In this document: positions 60,577 to 64,000 of the stretch, piece by piece
Layout of the letters: each line of letters opens with the position of its first letter
Position numbering within the stretch: the first letter of the stretch is position 1
DNA from: the human T2T-CHM13v2.0 reference genome, Homo sapiens
Assembly: GCF_009914755.1 (NCBI RefSeq)
Contig: NC_060936.1
Reading direction: 5' to 3' (one strand)
DNA: 64,000 bases
Program-made: the position numbers and the translations under genes
The notes under the pieces: generated by a model
What the model was told of the DNA's origin: nothing
Seen by the model: only the letters and a program-made list of their open reading frames with translations
Databases searched by the model: none

Positions 60577-62153
60577 CTGGGAAGGAGAGAGTGCACACCG
60601 CTCGCACCTAGGTCCAAGGGTGAGGGTGCCCCCCCCCCACCACCAGCACCACCCTCAGAGAGACCAGAGAGTGGGCTGCCCTGCCACTGGGAGCAGGGGC
60701 AGCAGAGCACAGGCCAGCAGCCCAGCACCCCCCATCCCCCCACCTCCCACCTGCCCTGCAGAGCTGAGCTAGCTGGGAAATGCCTATTGCAGGTCAGACA
60801 TCTCGGGTGGGGTTGGACATGCCCCTCCAGGAGACGAGTCAAGCCCTCATCCTGGTGCTGCACTGCTGAGGATCCCTGGTGATCAAGCGGCAGTGTCAGG
60901 GGCTGAGGCTGGGGCAGGCTGCTCTCTCTGTCTCCGCCAGAGGCACTGTTATGTCACAACTACCAGAGCAGTCCCTCTGAAGCCCCAAAGCCAGACCCAG
61001 AGGCCTGCCTGGGAGTGGGACTGAGAGCAGTGGCTCTGAGCAGAAGATGGAGATGGTCAAGGTAGGGCCCTGGGGCCAGACACCCAAGGTGGGTGAGAAC
61101 AGGGACCAGTGACCTCATTCCAGGACAGGGCAGAGGACTGGCTGGCTGGCTGGCAGAGGGAAGGGCTGGGTGACACTCACGCTGACCAGGGGCTGGGCTG
61201 CACTGTGGTGGTGACTCGAGGGTTTGCACATGGCCTGATAGTCATACATAGTCACTCTGAAAATCAGAAGCGGGCTGTGATGAGTCCAAAGCCACCCCCA
61301 CCCCCTGCCCCTGCCTCAGGAGGCTTTACTAGCAGAGCATCCGTTTACCGCAATTCCCAAGGGCGCCTGAGCTAGGACAGCAGATCAGAATACAGCTCAT
61401 GCTGAAAATTACATTTCTGCACTTGGAATGGTTTAAAGACAATGAAGAGCAAATGGCTTTTGCCCTCGGAGTTGGACGGTTTTCCCTCTAGGGTCTGAGC
61501 TGCGGAGCCCCTCCCAGGGATGCCCACATGCCCTTACGCCCTCCCCACATCATGCTGACGCCCTGGCTCCATAAAGGTTGCTTTTGCAGCTCTTTGGGGG
61601 CACCCACTGTGGGTTTTGGAGGTCAGGATCCTGAGATCCGCCAGGACCACTTAGCGTCAGCTCTCGGTTTGCTGTGTCTATTTGGACTGGGGAGGAGTGT
61701 GCCCCACTTACTGGCTGAACACCCCCATGCTGAGCAGCTGGGTCAGGACAGCACCATCCACCTCCCCCAGAAATCTTCCCGTCTGTGAGAGAGGGACAGC
61801 AGAGAGAGAGGGAGGGAGAGAGATGGAGCAGGATGGAGCCTTCCGAGTCCAGCACTATTTATTCAGCTCAGGTCGAGGCTTTTGGTGCCAGTTGGGCTTT
61901 CCCTCTGACTGCCTCTCAGCATAATCCAGCTGAACCCTTCCACCCACGCCCCTGTCCGGTCCTGGCTCCCTCCTCACCGTCCAGCCTGGTGCTTCCTCAA
62001 CTGGAAGGAGTCACCCGCTAGCTGACTATGAGACCAACGTAGAGGCTGCAATGTGATTTTTTTAATGGTACAGAATTCCTTGGAACAATTCTGTGTGAAT
62101 CACTTGCAGCAAGGTTAAAGAATGTTTTATGAAACTGGATTTGTTTTATATGC

Positions 62154-62154
62154 T

Positions 62155-62200
<46 letters not shown>
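62154..62200. repeat. (TG)n microsatellite
   Basis: Pure run 62162-62200 with a short interrupted extension. Confidence 0.95.
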
Positions 62201-62201
<1 letters not shown>

Positions 62202-64000
62202 GGGTCAGATATAAAACACGTTTCTGCAGGTCAAGGTCAGAAGCAGCGCCTGTCTCATGCACGCTGGTGTCCTCATCTTCCCAGTGTGAGAGGGCTGCTG
62301 TGGCTTTTGCTGTCCCTCCATCACCTCCCACAATCAGTGTGCCCTGTGGATCGGTCATTTGTCCCCTCCATGACAATGACCTAACCGGATCCCTTGCCCT
62401 GTCTCCATTGCCCACCTGCCCTCCTAACTGACCTCTCCTCTTGTCCCTGTGGCACTGCCAGAGTCATCTTACTCAAATGCAACATGGATGGGTCACTCTT
62501 GCCTTCATTTCCAAAAAATAAAACAGGACCCTCCCTCCTGCCCCCGGCTCCCCTTTTGTTGTCCATCAGCCAGCACTTTGTGGCTTCTGTGCCCTGTGCC
62601 AAGCAGCGGCCCCCTAGCTGGCTGAGAATGGCCTCAGGCCCTCCACTCTGCCACCTCTCATGGCCTCTGTACCTGCCTTGGCCTCTTGAGTCTGCCATTT
62701 CCCAGCATGTCAGGGTGGCAGAGCTTGGGCTTTGGTGTTGGATTTCGACTTTAATGTAGGCTGTCTTTAAAAATTGGGGATAGCGTGTGTCCGGCGTGTG
62801 GCTCCCAGTAAATACTTGAAAAATGGCAGCCATCGTTAGGAGGAGAGGTCCGGGGTCCGGCTTGGCTGTTCTCCCTGCCGATTACCCTTCCTCTGTCCTC
62901 ATGCCAAGGAACTTCTTTCCTCACCCTCGCTGGGAAGTCTTTCTATTCTAACTTTCCCAGCCAGAACAAGGCCTTCCTCTGCACACCGGCAGCCTGTGGA
63001 GTCCTAGTCTCACTCTGCCTGATAAGATATTTGGTTGAAAACTGTATGAGAACAGGACCATGTCTTACTCATCTCTGAATTCCCCAAAGTGTCTTGGTAC
63101 CTGGACATACTCAGTCAGTGTGGAATGTTGATAGGGAAGGGAGGTGGGAACCAAGCTGATGGCCACGTCAGGTTCTTCATGGAGAGCTTTCTAGCTGCCA
63201 GGGCCCAAAATGATGACATGTGTGATAACTACCAATAAAAAGAAATGCAAGGCTGGTACAGGAGCTGAGGCACATGGGCCTGGCCAATCTCAAGGAAAGC
63301 CAGGCATTGTCTGGGTGCCCACCTGGGGCCTGCCCTGGGCAGCCAAGTAGACTCCAGCAAGCCTTCTGAAGGGAACAGAGATGTATTCCAGACAAGGGCT
63401 AGGCAGAACGCACAACTCCTGAACACCCAATGAACAACCAGAGAAGTTCTCTCTCAAATAAGAGATGATGGTGCAGCTTCAGGACAATAACCCCAGAACC
63501 GTTATGCCCATGGTTCATAATGCTGTGACTTATAATCAGCCAATATGGGGCCACAGGTCCCCAGATGCGCCCACACCAGGAATCTGGGATGGAGTCAGGA
63601 AGTATTACTTTCCAAATTGGACTTAAATAACAAAACATAGTCCTTACATCCTACAGTATTTCCTGTGTAAGTGGAAATGGCTGACTTATAAAATTAAAAC
63701 GTAAGGATGCAACCCACTAAAAATGCATGGCAAATTGTAATCTAAAAATGGAGGGTCAATTACAAAAGTAAGCAGCAGGAAAACAGATTCAGACAAAGGT
63801 GCTCACACTTGTCTGTCTACACTCTGCTAGTTCTTTACCTGGAATGGCCTGACTACCAAAAACTATTTCATAATACCTTTTATTCATAAGGCACTCACCA
63901 GGTGAGTCTGATGCAAAGATGAATGAAATGGACACGAATCAAGAGCTTCAGACTAGTTTGCATGGACAGGCAGGGAACACACAAACTCTCAGACATGGCT

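Overview
This is primate, almost certainly human, genomic DNA (recognised as the 12p13.33 ADIPOR2/CACNA2D4 locus). On the + strand are all seven coding exons of ADIPOR2 (exons 2-8; 1161-nt CDS, 386 aa) and its ~2.6-kb 3' UTR. On the - strand, convergent and ending ~3.3 kb away, are the last seven exons of CACNA2D4, which include a 21-nt microexon and a U12-type AT-AC intron. ADIPOR2 intron 2 holds a disabled RPS4X processed pseudogene. The first ~50 kb is AT-rich and repeat-dense (Alu, L1, L2, MIR, HSMAR2, MER2, MER44, MER21, MLT1); the last ~13 kb is GC-rich and has no recognisable Alu, with an intragenic CpG island carrying a near-consensus CTCF motif. I found no convincing new multi-gene system. 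The least explained items are: (1) a 483-bp poly(A)-tailed mosaic insertion with a 17-bp target-site duplication just downstream of ADIPOR2; (2) an ADIPOR2 exon-2 back-splice frame that stays open round the whole circle and stops on the ATGA overlapping the start codon; (3) a non-annotatable ~80-bp direct repeat in ADIPOR2 intron 3; (4) transposon-donated poly(A) signals for CACNA2D4. Repeat family names, exon numbers and gene identities come from recall of known sequences, not from searches, and repeat boundaries are approximate.
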